Of a stretch of 34,114 nucleotides of DNA, positions 25,242-34,114 are shown piece by piece. The notes below the pieces were generated by a model. The model ran no database searches. It saw nothing but the letters and a program-made list of their open reading frames with translations, and was not told the DNA's origin. Each line of letters starts with the position of its first letter. Within the stretch, counting starts at the first letter, position 1. Both the position numbers and the translations under genes were made by a program. The DNA is from Candidatus Geohabitans tengchongensis. Lineage in GTDB: Bacteria > Sysuimicrobiota > Sysuimicrobiia > Sysuimicrobiales > Humicultoraceae. The stretch is taken from positions 1 to 34,114 of the forward strand of contig JAVKIH010000026.1 of the NCBI GenBank assembly GCA_031459625.1, read 5' to 3'.

Positions 25242-26537
25242 GTGGACGACGCCGCCGACCCCGTCCGAGGATCTCGGCGGGCGGTGGAGGCCGAAGCAGG
25301 ACGCGGGGGACCGCACGCGGTGGTGCGGCACCCCCGCGTCCTGGCCTTCGTCCTGGCCGGTGGCAAGGGGGAGCGCCTCTACCCCCTCACGGAGCAGCGC
25401 AGCAAGCCCGCCGTCCCCTTCGGGGGCAAGTACCGCATCATCGACTTCGTCCTGAGCAACCTGGTCAACTCCGCCATCTATGCCATCTACGTCCTGGTGC
25501 AGTACAAGGCCCAGTCGCTGATCGACCACCTGCGCACGGCCTGGCGCGGCGGCGGGATCGTGCCCGACCACTTCGTCATCGTCGTCCCACCCCAGATGCG
25601 CTGGACCGAGACCTGGTACCAGGGCACGGCGGACGCCGTCTACCAGAACCGCAACCTGCTCGCCGACTTCGACCCCGACGTCGTGGCAGTCTTCGGCGCC
25701 GACCACGTCTACCGCATGGACATCTCCCAGATGCTGGCCGTCCACCTGGAGCGGCGGGCCGACGTGACCGTGGCGGCCCTGCCGGTGCCCATCGAGGAGG
25801 CGTCCGGCTTCGGGATCATGGGGGTGGAGGCCGACGGGCGGATCGTGGAGTGGGCGGAGAAGCCCGCCGAGCCCTTCCCCCTCCCCGACGACCCCACGCG
25901 GGCCCTGGCCTCCATGGGCAACTACCTCTTCGACCGCCAGGTGCTCATGGACGCGCTGGTGGAAGACGCGCAGCGCGGCACCGACCACGACTTCGGCCGC
26001 AACATCCTCCCCGCCCTGGTCCCCACCCACCGGGTCTTCGCCTACCGCTTCACCGCCAACGTCCTCCCGGGCCTGCAGCCCTACGAGGAGCCGACCTACT
26101 GGCGCGACGTGGGGACGCTGGCGGCCTACTGGCAGGCCCACATGGACCTGCTGGGCCCCCAGCCGCGTCTCGACCTGGCCAACCCGCGCTGGCCCATCTT
26201 CACGGCCCCCTACGGCGGCCCGCCGGCGCAGGTCATCGCCGGCGAGGTGGAGGACGTGCTGGTCGGGGAGGGGACCCGCATCGACGGGGCGGAGGTGCGC
26301 CGCAGCATCCTGGGCCGCGGCGTGCGCGTGGAGCGCGGCGCGCGGGTGGAGGAGTCGCTGGTGATGGACCACTCGGTGGTCGCCCCCGGTGCCCGGCTGC
26401 GCCGCGTCATCGTGGACCGCTACAACGTCATCCCCGAGGGAGCGGTGATCGGCTACCGCGCCGACGAGGACGCGCGGCGCTTCTTCGTCGACCCCTCCGG
26501 CCTGGTCGTCCTCCCCCGCGGCCGCACGCGCCGCTAG
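25242..26537 (+). CDS. glgC: Glucose-1-phosphate adenylyltransferase
   Basis: [48 protein letters not shown]. The true start may be about 25 codons later. Confidence 0.95.
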   Translation: MDDAADPVRGSRRAVEAEAGRGGPHAVVRHPRVLAFVLAGGKGERLYPLTEQRSKPAVPFGGKYRIIDFVLSNLVNSAIYAIYVLVQYKAQSLIDHLRTAWRGGGIVPDHFVIVVPPQMRWTETWYQGTADAVYQNRNLLADFDPDVVAVFGADHVYRMDISQMLAVHLERRADVTVAALPVPIEEASGFGIMGVEADGRIVEWAEKPAEPFPLPDDPTRALASMGNYLFDRQVLMDALVEDAQRGTDHDFGRNILPALVPTHRVFAYRFTANVLPGLQPYEEPTYWRDVGTLAAYWQAHMDLLGPQPRLDLANPRWPIFTAPYGGPPAQVIAGEVEDVLVGEGTRIDGAEVRRSILGRGVRVERGARVEESLVMDHSVVAPGARLRRVIVDRYNVIPEGAVIGYRADEDARRFFVDPSGLVVLPRGRTRR

Positions 26538-26593
26538 GCCGTCTCACGCCCGCCGAGAGGGTGCGGCACCCGAGGCGTCTAAGAGCGCTTCCC

Positions 26594-27433
26594 ATGGACC
26601 CCCGGACGGCGACGGTCTTCCGAGGCGAGGCCGGGCCCGCCCCAGCAGGGGCGGAGAGGCTCACGCCAGGACAGGTGCGCGCACGCCTGCGGCAGGGATG
26701 GGCGCCGCGCACCACGGCGGGCCTGGCCCCCGGCTATGCCCAGGCCAACCTGGTGATCCTGCCCCGCGCGGCGGCCTACGACTTCCTGCTCTTCTGCCAG
26801 CGCAACCCCAAGCCGTGCCCCGTACTGGAGGTGACCGAACCGGGCGACCCGGAGCCGCGCCTGACGGCCCCCGGCGCCGACCTGCGCACCGACCTCCCCC
26901 GCTACCGGATCTTTCGGGACGGCCTCCCCGCCGGGGAAGCGACCGACATCCTGGAGCTGTGGCGGCCCGACTTCGTCGCCTTCCTGCTGGGGTGCAGCTT
27001 CACCTTCGAGGCGGCGATGCAGCGGGCCGGGCTCCCGGTGCGCCACCTGGAGGAGGGGCGCACCGTGCCCATGTACCGCACCGCGCTGCCCTGCCGCCCG
27101 GCCGGGGCCTTTGCCGGGCCGCTGGTGGTGAGCATGCGCCCGCTCCCCGCCGACCAGGTGGCCCGGGCCGTGCAGGTGACGGCGCGCTACCCGCTGGCGC
27201 ACGGCGCCCCGGTGCACGTGGGGGATCCGGCGGCCATCGGCGTCGCCGACCTCGCCCGGCCCGACTACGGCGAGGCGGTCACGGTGCACCCGGGGGAGGT
27301 GCCACTCTTCTGGGCCTGTGGGGTGACGCCCCAGGCGGCCGCACGGCAGGCGCGGCCGGAGGTGATGATCACCCACGCCCCGGGCCAGATGTTCGTCACC
27401 GACCTGCGTGACGAGGACCTGGCCCTCTGGTGA
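26594..27433 (+). CDS. DUF1445 putative hydro-lyase / D-glutamate cyclase-like protein
   Basis: [65 protein letters not shown] at 26594. Confidence 0.9.
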   Translation: MDPRTATVFRGEAGPAPAGAERLTPGQVRARLRQGWAPRTTAGLAPGYAQANLVILPRAAAYDFLLFCQRNPKPCPVLEVTEPGDPEPRLTAPGADLRTDLPRYRIFRDGLPAGEATDILELWRPDFVAFLLGCSFTFEAAMQRAGLPVRHLEEGRTVPMYRTALPCRPAGAFAGPLVVSMRPLPADQVARAVQVTARYPLAHGAPVHVGDPAAIGVADLARPDYGEAVTVHPGEVPLFWACGVTPQAAARQARPEVMITHAPGQMFVTDLRDEDLALW

Positions 27434-27506
27434 CCCGCCCGCGGCGCGGGACCGACCCGCGACGGGGGCCGGGCACCGGAGGGTGCAGCGACAAGGAGGG
27501 AGGAGC

Positions 27507-28796
27507 ATGAAGCGGATCAGCCGGCGGCGGTTCTTGCGGTACGGCGGCGCGGGGCTCCTGGCCCTCAGCGGCGCGGAGCGTCTCGCCGCCCTGGCCTCGG
27601 CCCAGGAGCCCACGATTCCCATCGGGGTGGTCTACCCCCTCACCGGCGCCCTGGCCCGCATCGGGGCGTCCATCAAGAACGCGGTCGACCTGGCCGCGGA
27701 GATCGTGAACACGCCCCACCCCGAGCTCGACCCGCTGGTGCTGGCCCGCCCGGCCGGCCTGCCCCGGCTGCGCGGCGCCAAGCTGCGCCTCCTCTGGGCC
27801 GACAGCAAGGGGGACCCGGCCACGGGACGGGCGGAGACGGAGCGGCTCATCGAGCGGGAGCGGGTAGTGGCGGTGGTGGGCGCCTACCAGAGCGCCGTCA
27901 CCGCCACGGCCAGCCTGGCGGCGGAGGCGAAGGGCATCCCCTTCCTCAACCCCGAGTCCTCCTCGCCGAAGCTCACCGAGCGCAACTTCAAGTGGTTCTT
28001 CCGCACCGGGCCCCACGACGTCACCTTCACGAAGCTCTTCTTCGACATGATGGAGGACCTGAAGAAGCGCGGGCACCGGATCAGCAAGATCGCCATCCTC
28101 TCCGAGGACACCGAGTTCGGCGCCACGGCCGTGGGCGTGGAGCGCGTCTTCGCCCAGCGCTACGGCTACGAGGTGGTGGCCACCGAGCTGTACACCTCGC
28201 CGCCGGCCAGCGTGGAGGCGGAGCTGCTGCGCATCCGCCGCTCCGGGTGCGACGTGATCTTCGGGCAGAACTACCTGGTGGACGCCGTGCTGATCACGCG
28301 CACGCTCAAGCAGATGCGCTGGTTCCCGCAGGGGCTGATCGTGCACGACGCCGGGTGGGTGGTGCCCGACTACCTGCAGACGGTGGGAGACGACGGGAAC
28401 TACGTCCTCACGCGGGTCTCCTGGGCGCTGGGGATGGGCCGGCGCAAGCCGCTGGTGACGCGGGTGAACGAGCTCTACCGGCAGCGCTTCGGCACCGACA
28501 TGGACGAGACCAACGCCCGCTCCTTCACCGGGCTGCTGGCCCTGGCCGCGGCAATCAACGAGGCCGGCTCCACCCGCCCCGACGCCATCCGCCAGGCCCT
28601 GGCCGGGCTGAGCCTGCCGGGCCGCCAGCTCATCATGCCCTGGGAGGGGATCGAGTTCGACTTCCGCGGCCAGAACCGGCACGCCGCCGGGCTCATGGCC
28701 CAGATCCTGGACCGGCAGTACAAGGTGGTCTGGCCCTTCTCGCTGGCCGAGGCGGACATCGTCTGGCCGGCGCCGCCCTGGGAGCGCCGCGGCTGA
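27507..28796 (+). CDS. Liv/HAAT-family ABC substrate-binding protein with Tat signal
   Basis: MKRISRRRFLR twin-arginine signal; PLTG, GAYQSAVT, WFFRTGP; GGAGG RBS. Confidence 0.9.
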   Translation: MKRISRRRFLRYGGAGLLALSGAERLAALASAQEPTIPIGVVYPLTGALARIGASIKNAVDLAAEIVNTPHPELDPLVLARPAGLPRLRGAKLRLLWADSKGDPATGRAETERLIERERVVAVVGAYQSAVTATASLAAEAKGIPFLNPESSSPKLTERNFKWFFRTGPHDVTFTKLFFDMMEDLKKRGHRISKIAILSEDTEFGATAVGVERVFAQRYGYEVVATELYTSPPASVEAELLRIRRSGCDVIFGQNYLVDAVLITRTLKQMRWFPQGLIVHDAGWVVPDYLQTVGDDGNYVLTRVSWALGMGRRKPLVTRVNELYRQRFGTDMDETNARSFTGLLALAAAINEAGSTRPDAIRQALAGLSLPGRQLIMPWEGIEFDFRGQNRHAAGLMAQILDRQYKVVWPFSLAEADIVWPAPPWERRG

Positions 28797-28872
28797 GGCG
28801 CCTTCCGGGATCGCCCCCGCCCGCAGGCGCCTCCCGCTGGCGGCAGCGGGGCGACCCCCGCCCGGCCTCCTG

Positions 28873-29730
28873 ATGGACCTCCTGGTCCAGGCCACCCTCA
28901 ATGGCCTCCTGCTGGGGCTGGTCTACGCCCTGGTGGCGCTCGGCCTCTCCCTCATCTGGGGCGTGATGGAGGTCGTCAATTTGGCCCACGCCGAGTACCT
29001 GATGCTGGCCATGTACGCCACCTACTGGCTGTGGGCGCTGGGACGGGTGGACCCGCTTGTCGCCGCCCCGGTGGTCCTGCCGCTGTTCTTCCTGCTGGGC
29101 TGGCTGACCTACCGGGTGCTCGTCCGCCGCGTGCTGGCCGCCCCCATGGTCTCCCAGATCTTCGCCACCTTCGGGCTGCTCTTCTTCCTGCGCTACAGCG
29201 CCTTCGCCGCCTTCGGCCCCAACGTGCGGGGCATCTGGCAGTCGCGCCTGGAGGGCAGCCTCACCCTGGGCCCCTGGTACGTGGGGGTCCCGCAGCTGGC
29301 CGCCGCCGTGGTGGCGCTGGGCGCCTTCGCGCTGCTGTGGCTCTTCCTCAACCGGACGAAGACCGGCAAGGCCCTGCAGGCCACAGCCCAGGACCGGGTC
29401 GTGGCGCAGACGCTGGGCATCGACGTGGAGCAGATGTTCGCGCTGGCCTGGGGCGTGGGGATCGCCGCGGTCGCCCTCGCCGGCATCTCCCTCATGCCCT
29501 TCTACCAGGTCTCCCCCACCGTGGGGGACGCCTTCCTGCTCATCGCCTTCGCCAGCGTGGTGCTGGGCGGCTTCGGCACGGTGGCCGGGGCGCTGGTGGG
29601 GGGGATCGGCATCGGGCTGGTGGAGAACGTGCTCGGGGCGCTCATCGCGCCCACCTTCAAGCTGCTCTTCGCCTTCGCTGTCTTCGTCCTGATGCTCCTG
29701 GTCCGCCCGCAGGGGCTCGTCGGCGAATGA
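28873..29730 (+). CDS. Liv-type ABC permease (LivH-like)
   Basis: NGLLLGLVYALVALGLSLIWG..VVNLAH, TKTGKALQA, VVLGGFG, RPQGL. Confidence 0.92.
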   Translation: MDLLVQATLNGLLLGLVYALVALGLSLIWGVMEVVNLAHAEYLMLAMYATYWLWALGRVDPLVAAPVVLPLFFLLGWLTYRVLVRRVLAAPMVSQIFATFGLLFFLRYSAFAAFGPNVRGIWQSRLEGSLTLGPWYVGVPQLAAAVVALGAFALLWLFLNRTKTGKALQATAQDRVVAQTLGIDVEQMFALAWGVGIAAVALAGISLMPFYQVSPTVGDAFLLIAFASVVLGGFGTVAGALVGGIGIGLVENVLGALIAPTFKLLFAFAVFVLMLLVRPQGLVGE

Positions 29731-31457
29731 GCCTGCTGCTGCTGGTCGCCGTGCTCCTGCTGGTGCCGCTGGCGGTGCGGGACAGCTTCTTCCTGAACGC
29801 GGCCATCCACGTCTTCCTGCTGGGGACGGCGGCACTGGGGTGGAACCTCATCGGCGGGTACGCCGGGCAGCTCTCCTTCGGCCACGCCGTCTTCTTCGGC
29901 GTGGGCGCCTACACCAGCTCGGTCCTGCTCAGCCGGCATGGAGTGTGGCCGTGGGTGGGCGGCCCCGTGGGCGCGGCCGTGGCCGTAGGGCTGTCGCTGG
30001 CGATCGGCGCGGCCACCTTCCGCTTGCGCCGCCACTTCTTCGCCCTGGCCACGCTGGCCCTGGCCGAGATCGCCCGCATCACCTTCCTGAACTGGCCGTA
30101 CGTGGAGGCGGCCATCGGCCTCTACCTCCCCCTCCACTACCGCGGCCGGCTGGCCTACCTGATGTGGGACGGCAAGATCCCCTACTACCTGGCCGGGCTG
30201 GCGCTCTTTGCCGCCGCGCTGACCCTCACCTGGTGGGTGGATCGCACCCGCATGGGGCTCTACCTCAAGGCCACCAACCAGGATGCCGACGCGGCGGAGG
30301 CGCTGGGCCTGCCCACGCTGCGCTACAAGCTCTGGGCCATGGGAACCAGCGCCGCGCTGGCGGCGCTGGCCGGGACGCTCTACGCCCAGTACGTCCTCTA
30401 CATCGACCCCTACACGGTGATGGCCTCGCGCATCTCCCTGCTGGTGGTGGTCATGGCTCTCATCGGCGGCCGGGGCACGGTCTTCGGTCCGGCCCTGGGG
30501 GCGGCCTTCATCGTCCTGCTCTCCGAGTACACGCGTACGGCCCTGGGCCACCTGGGCCAGGGCTACGACTTCATCCTCTTCGGCGCGCTCATCATGCTGC
30601 TGGCCATCTACGAGCCGCGCGGCCTGCTCGGGCTGGGCCGCCGCGCCCGCCTGCGCCGGCCGGTGCCCGTGGTGGAGGGGTCGGCGCCCACCCCGCTCGC
30701 CGCGGCCGGCACGCCCGCGGACCGCGTCGCGCTGCGCGTCGAGGGGCTCTCGAAGCGCTTCGGCGGGGTGGCCGCCCTCGAGTCGGTGGACCTGGTGGTC
30801 CGGCAGGGAGAGATCCTGGGGCTCATCGGCCCCAACGGGGCGGGCAAGTCCACCCTCTTCGACTGCATCACGGGGTTCCAGCGCCCGGACGGCGGCCGGG
30901 TGGTCGTGGACGGCGCCGATCTCACCGCGCGAACTCCCCACGCGCTCGTCCACGCCGGCGTGGTGCGCACCTTCCAGCTCGTGCGCGTCTTTCCCGAGCT
31001 GACGGCCCTGGAGAACCTGCTGGTGGCCCAGCCCCACCGGGGCGAGTCGGTCTGGCAGGCGTTGCGGCCCACGCCCCGAGCGGTGGGCGCGCGGGCCGAG
31101 GGGCTGCTGCGCCGCGTGGGCCTGGCCGCCTCCCGGGATGTGCCGGCCGGGGAGCTCTCCTACGGGCAGCAGAAGGTGCTGGCCCTGGCCATGGCGCTCA
31201 TGACCGAGGCCCCGGTGATCCTGCTCGACGAGCCCACCGCCGGCGTGCACCCCGCGCTCATCCAGGAGCTGGTGGCCCAGATCCGCGCGCTCAACGCCGA
31301 GGGGCGGACCTTCGTGGTCATCGAACACAACATGGAGGTGGTCAACGCCCTGGCCCACCGCGTCTACTTCCTGGCCGGCGGGCGCGTCCTGGCGGAAGGG
31401 ACGCCCGAGGCCGTCCGCCAGGACCCGCAGGTGCTCGACGCCTACTATGGCCACTGA
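29727..31457 (+). CDS. Fused Liv-type permease / ATPase (LivM-LivG-like)
   Basis: ATGA overlap; WNLIGGYAGQLSFGH, FALATLA, IGGRGT, then GPNGAGKST, RTFQ, LSYGQ, LLDEP, EH in the same frame. Confidence 0.92.
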   Translation: MSLLLLVAVLLLVPLAVRDSFFLNAAIHVFLLGTAALGWNLIGGYAGQLSFGHAVFFGVGAYTSSVLLSRHGVWPWVGGPVGAAVAVGLSLAIGAATFRLRRHFFALATLALAEIARITFLNWPYVEAAIGLYLPLHYRGRLAYLMWDGKIPYYLAGLALFAAALTLTWWVDRTRMGLYLKATNQDADAAEALGLPTLRYKLWAMGTSAALAALAGTLYAQYVLYIDPYTVMASRISLLVVVMALIGGRGTVFGPALGAAFIVLLSEYTRTALGHLGQGYDFILFGALIMLLAIYEPRGLLGLGRRARLRRPVPVVEGSAPTPLAAAGTPADRVALRVEGLSKRFGGVAALESVDLVVRQGEILGLIGPNGAGKSTLFDCITGFQRPDGGRVVVDGADLTARTPHALVHAGVVRTFQLVRVFPELTALENLLVAQPHRGESVWQALRPTPRAVGARAEGLLRRVGLAASRDVPAGELSYGQQKVLALAMALMTEAPVILLDEPTAGVHPALIQELVAQIRALNAEGRTFVVIEHNMEVVNALAHRVYFLAGGRVLAEGTPEAVRQDPQVLDAYYGH

Positions 31458-32256
31458 CCCCGCTCCCTCCCCTACCCCGCCCGCAGCCGCGTCTCCCTCC
31501 CCCACCCCGCCCGCAGCTGCGCCCGGCACCGCGGCCATGGCCGCCGACGGCGCCGTGCTGCGCGTCGAGGAGCTGCACCTGGGGTACGGGCAGCAGGAGG
31601 TCCTCCACGGGGTGAGCCTCACCGTGGGCGCGGGGGAACTCGTTGCCGTGATCGGCCCCAACGGAGCCGGCAAGTCCACGCTGCTCAGGGGGATCTTCGG
31701 CTTCCTGCGGCCGCGGCGGGGCCGCATCACGCTCCTCGGCCGGGAGATCGGCGGGCTGCGCCCGCCGCAGGTGCTGCGCGCCGGGGTGGCCTACGTGCCG
31801 CAGGGTTACAGCGTGCTGCCCAACCTCTCGGTGGAGGACAACCTGCTGCTCGGCGCCTACATCCGCACCGATCGGCAGGTGCGGGCCGACATGGAGCGCC
31901 TGCTCGACCTCTTCCCGGTCCTGCGGGCGCGCCGTCGGCTCCCGGCGCGGGTGCTGAGCGGCGGCGAGCGGCGCATGCTGGAGATGGCCCGGGTGCTCCT
32001 GCTGCGGCCCCGCGTCCTGCTCCTCGACGAGCCTACGCTGGGGCTCAGCCCGCGCGTCATCGACCAGGTCTACGAGGTCGTCCACCGGGTGAACGGCCAG
32101 GGCGTGGCCATCCTGCTGGTGGAGCAGAATGTGCGCACGGCGCTGCGCCACGCCGGGCGGGCCTACGTCCTGGAGCAGGGGCGCGTGCGCTTCGAGGGGC
32201 GCGGGGAGGAGATGCTGGCGCACCCGGAAGTGCGCCGGGCCTACCTGGGCGGGTGA
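31447..32256 (+). CDS. Liv-type ABC ATPase (LivF-like)
   Basis: GPNGAGKST, LSGGE, LLDEPTLGLSP, LLVEQN, AYLGG. Alternative start at ATG 31537. Confidence 0.92.
   Translation: MATDPAPSPTPPAAASPSPTPPAAAPGTAAMAADGAVLRVEELHLGYGQQEVLHGVSLTVGAGELVAVIGPNGAGKSTLLRGIFGFLRPRRGRITLLGREIGGLRPPQVLRAGVAYVPQGYSVLPNLSVEDNLLLGAYIRTDRQVRADMERLLDLFPVLRARRRLPARVLSGGERRMLEMARVLLLRPRVLLLDEPTLGLSPRVIDQVYEVVHRVNGQGVAILLVEQNVRTALRHAGRAYVLEQGRVRFEGRGEEMLAHPEVRRAYLGG
31463..31522 (+). repeat. 30-bp tandem duplication (2 copies, 27/30 identical)
   Basis: CTCCCTCCCCTACCCCGCCCGCAGCCGCGT / CTCCCTCCCCCACCCCGCCCGCAGCTGCGC, encoding PSPTPPAAA twice. Confidence 0.85.
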
Positions 32257-32270
32257 GGCGCCCGGGGGAC

Positions 32271-33497
32271 TCAGGCGGTCACGCTCCCACCGTGGCGACG
32301 CCCGCTGGAGCCGCCCGATCCACGCGGCTTGCGGCTCACGGCCACGAACAGCGGCAGCGCCGCCAGTTGCGCCGCCACCGAGAAAGCCACCAGGGCGACG
32401 ACGGAGCGGTCGTAGAGGCCCCCCATCAGCGCGCTCCCGCCAAACCAGGCGATCCCGTAGACGGCGTTGAGGACGCCGTAGGCCCCGGCGCGGCGCTCGG
32501 GCGGCGCCATCTCCGCCACCGCCGCCCGCACGACCGACTCCTGCGCCCCCATCCCCAGCCCCCACAGCAGCACCCCCGCGAGCACGGAGGCAGGCCCGCC
32601 CAGAAAGGCGAGGGGGGCGAAGGCCGCGGCCACTGCCGTGGTGGGGACGAGGACCGCCGTCCCGGCACGGTCGTACCACCGCCCGAGGGCCAGGGCCGCG
32701 GCGGCGTCGGTCCCCATGGCCGCCGCGTAGAGGAGCGGGACCCAGGGGGCGGGCACCAGCGCGTGCCGCTGGAGGTGGTAGGCGATCAGGGCGAAGTCCG
32801 CATACCCGGCGCCCACCAGCGCCACCGCCACGACGTAGCGGCGGAAGCGCGGGCCCAGGCCCGCCGCCGCGGGTGCGGCGTCAGCGACCTCCAGGTCGCG
32901 CGGCCGCGGGTAGAGCCTGCGCGCCGCCACCAGCACGCCCAGCGCCAGGGCAGCCGGCGCGGCCAGGAGGGCGAAGGCGCCCCGGTAGGCCGATCCGGCG
33001 GCCAGGGCGCCGGCCACGAGGAGCGGGCCCAGGACGGCGCCCGCCTGGTCCAGCGCCTCGTGCAGGCCAAACCCCCACCCGCGCCCGACCTGCTGGGTGG
33101 CGTGAGACAGCATGGCGTCGCGTGCAGGCGTCCGGATCGCCTTGCCGATGCGCTCCGCCACCACCAGCGCCGCCGCCGCCCCCCAACCCCGGGCCAGGGC
33201 CAGCAGCGGGACCGCCGCCAAGTTCACGGTGTAGCCGACGATGGTGATCGCCCAGTAGCGGCGCGTCCGGTCGGCAAGGCGGCCGGAGAGGAGGCGCAGG
33301 GCGTAGCCGAGCAGCTCGCCGAGTCCCGCCACGACTCCCACCACGGTGGCGGTGGCGCCCAGCGTGCCCAGGTAGGGGCCGACGACGCTGCGCGCCCCCT
33401 CGTAGGTGGCGTCGGCCAGCAGGCTCACCACGCCGAGGAGCACGACGAACCGCAACGCCGCCGCCCGGCCGTCGTCAGCCGTCGCCACCCTCTCCAT
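32271..33497 (-). CDS. MFS transporter
   Basis: About 12 hydrophobic segments, G..ADRTRR motif, ERIGKAIRTPARD, GRWYDRAG. Likely start is ATG 33497 (MERVAT). Confidence 0.9.
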   Translation of the reverse strand: MERVATADDGRAAALRFVVLLGVVSLLADATYEGARSVVGPYLGTLGATATVVGVVAGLGELLGYALRLLSGRLADRTRRYWAITIVGYTVNLAAVPLLALARGWGAAAALVVAERIGKAIRTPARDAMLSHATQQVGRGWGFGLHEALDQAGAVLGPLLVAGALAAGSAYRGAFALLAAPAALALGVLVAARRLYPRPRDLEVADAAPAAAGLGPRFRRYVVAVALVGAGYADFALIAYHLQRHALVPAPWVPLLYAAAMGTDAAAALALGRWYDRAGTAVLVPTTAVAAAFAPLAFLGGPASVLAGVLLWGLGMGAQESVVRAAVAEMAPPERRAGAYGVLNAVYGIAWFGGSALMGGLYDRSVVALVAFSVAAQLAALPLFVAVSRKPRGSGGSSGRRHGGSVTA

Positions 33498-33983
33498 CTG
33501 CCTTCCGGCTGAGCAAGAAAACTCTCCCGGCGTCCCTTGCCCATCCCAAATCTTTCTGCGCATCGAGGGTCTGAATATCCGTAAAGCCTGCTACTTCAAG
33601 GCCGGACCGGACTTCCGACTCGGAATAGCACCGTTGCCAAAGGGTCACATCAGAGCGGTGCCATAGAGCACCAGCTAATCGAAACATGGTGACGGCTGTT
33701 TGGCCCACCTCTTTGCCCTCATCAAAACTTGCCCGGACAACGCAAACGTGGTCGTCTTCCACAATCCCAAAGGAGCCCCGCCAGCGCGTCTTATACCCTT
33801 CTGCCATGTTCAGGTCAAAGAGAAACAAGCCTCCTGGTAGCAAGCACGATTGTACGTTTCGGAAGACCAGGGACAATTCTTCCATGTTCATGATGTGATT
33901 GAGACTGTCATAGACGCACACGACAGCCTGATAGACTTCCGGGAAGTGGAAACTCCGGGCGTCTTCGACAATGAACTCTACAG
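33475..33983 (-). pseudogene. Class I SAM-dependent methyltransferase, C-terminal part (5'-truncated)
   Basis: The frame extends upstream of the called ORF as VEFIVEDARSFHFPEVYQAVVCVYDSLNH...LLPGGLFLFDLN. The GxGxG motif I is absent because the similarity stops at about 33983. GC is about 45-55%. Confidence 0.75.
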
Positions 33984-34114
33984 GAGTGTGTGCTAAAGTC
34001 CGTTGAGAAATGAGGGAAGCGGCCCCGGCGTGGTGAATGAATCAGTGGGTGCAAACCCAAACACCATGCGGAAGGGAGACCGCTTCCATGCCCACAGTAC
34101 TGCGGGTTGGCACG
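33984..34114 (+). mobile_element. Probable left end of an insertion sequence (IS256-like) with the first codons of its ORF at 34088
   Basis: Abrupt break in the methyltransferase at GAGTGTGTGCTAAAGTCC, a ~100-nt leader, GGGAG RBS and ATG 34088 (MPTVLRVGT...) at the window edge. The family assignment is tentative because the transposase core is not visible. Confidence 0.5.

Noticed and set aside
1..34114. CRISPR arrays, tRNA/rRNA, prophage or recognisable defence operons
   Set aside because: No regularly spaced repeats, cloverleaf or rRNA motifs, or phage/Cas/RT-type proteins were seen, and intergenic gaps are short.

Overview
A very GC-rich (roughly 70-75% by eye) bacterial segment with mobile-element ends at both edges: the 3' end of an IS481-family element on the left and a probable IS left end cutting a low-GC methyltransferase on the right. 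It may therefore be a whole contig. Most of the content is housekeeping or metabolic: an M50/CBS protease, a three-domain NHEJ ligase (ligD, no Ku in the window), an amidase-MBL hydrolase-rph-rdgB run, an LLM oxidoreductase, an FAD oxidase, DUF72, pyruvate kinase, an MFS-spermidine-synthase fusion, Uma2, a small HEXXH ImmA/IrrE-like protein, MscS, a membrane HD-GYP protein divergent from ccmABCDEFH (no ccmG), a ferritin-like gene, glgC, a DUF1445 D-glutamate-cyclase-like gene followed by a Liv-type ABC transporter, and an MFS permease. Features the ORF track misses or obscures are a frameshifted, internally deleted Uma2 pseudogene and a VapC/PIN remnant on either side of rdgB, two strong hairpins each followed by GAAA(A)GGG and a start codon, TANNNT boxes consistent with leaderless mRNAs, and an RBS-sequestering repeat in the IS end. 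I saw no CRISPR array, rRNA or tRNA. No clearly new system can be proven from the sequence. The best candidates are the His-rich membrane HD-GYP sensor facing ccm, the DUF1445-ABC module and the orphan IrrE-like protease.
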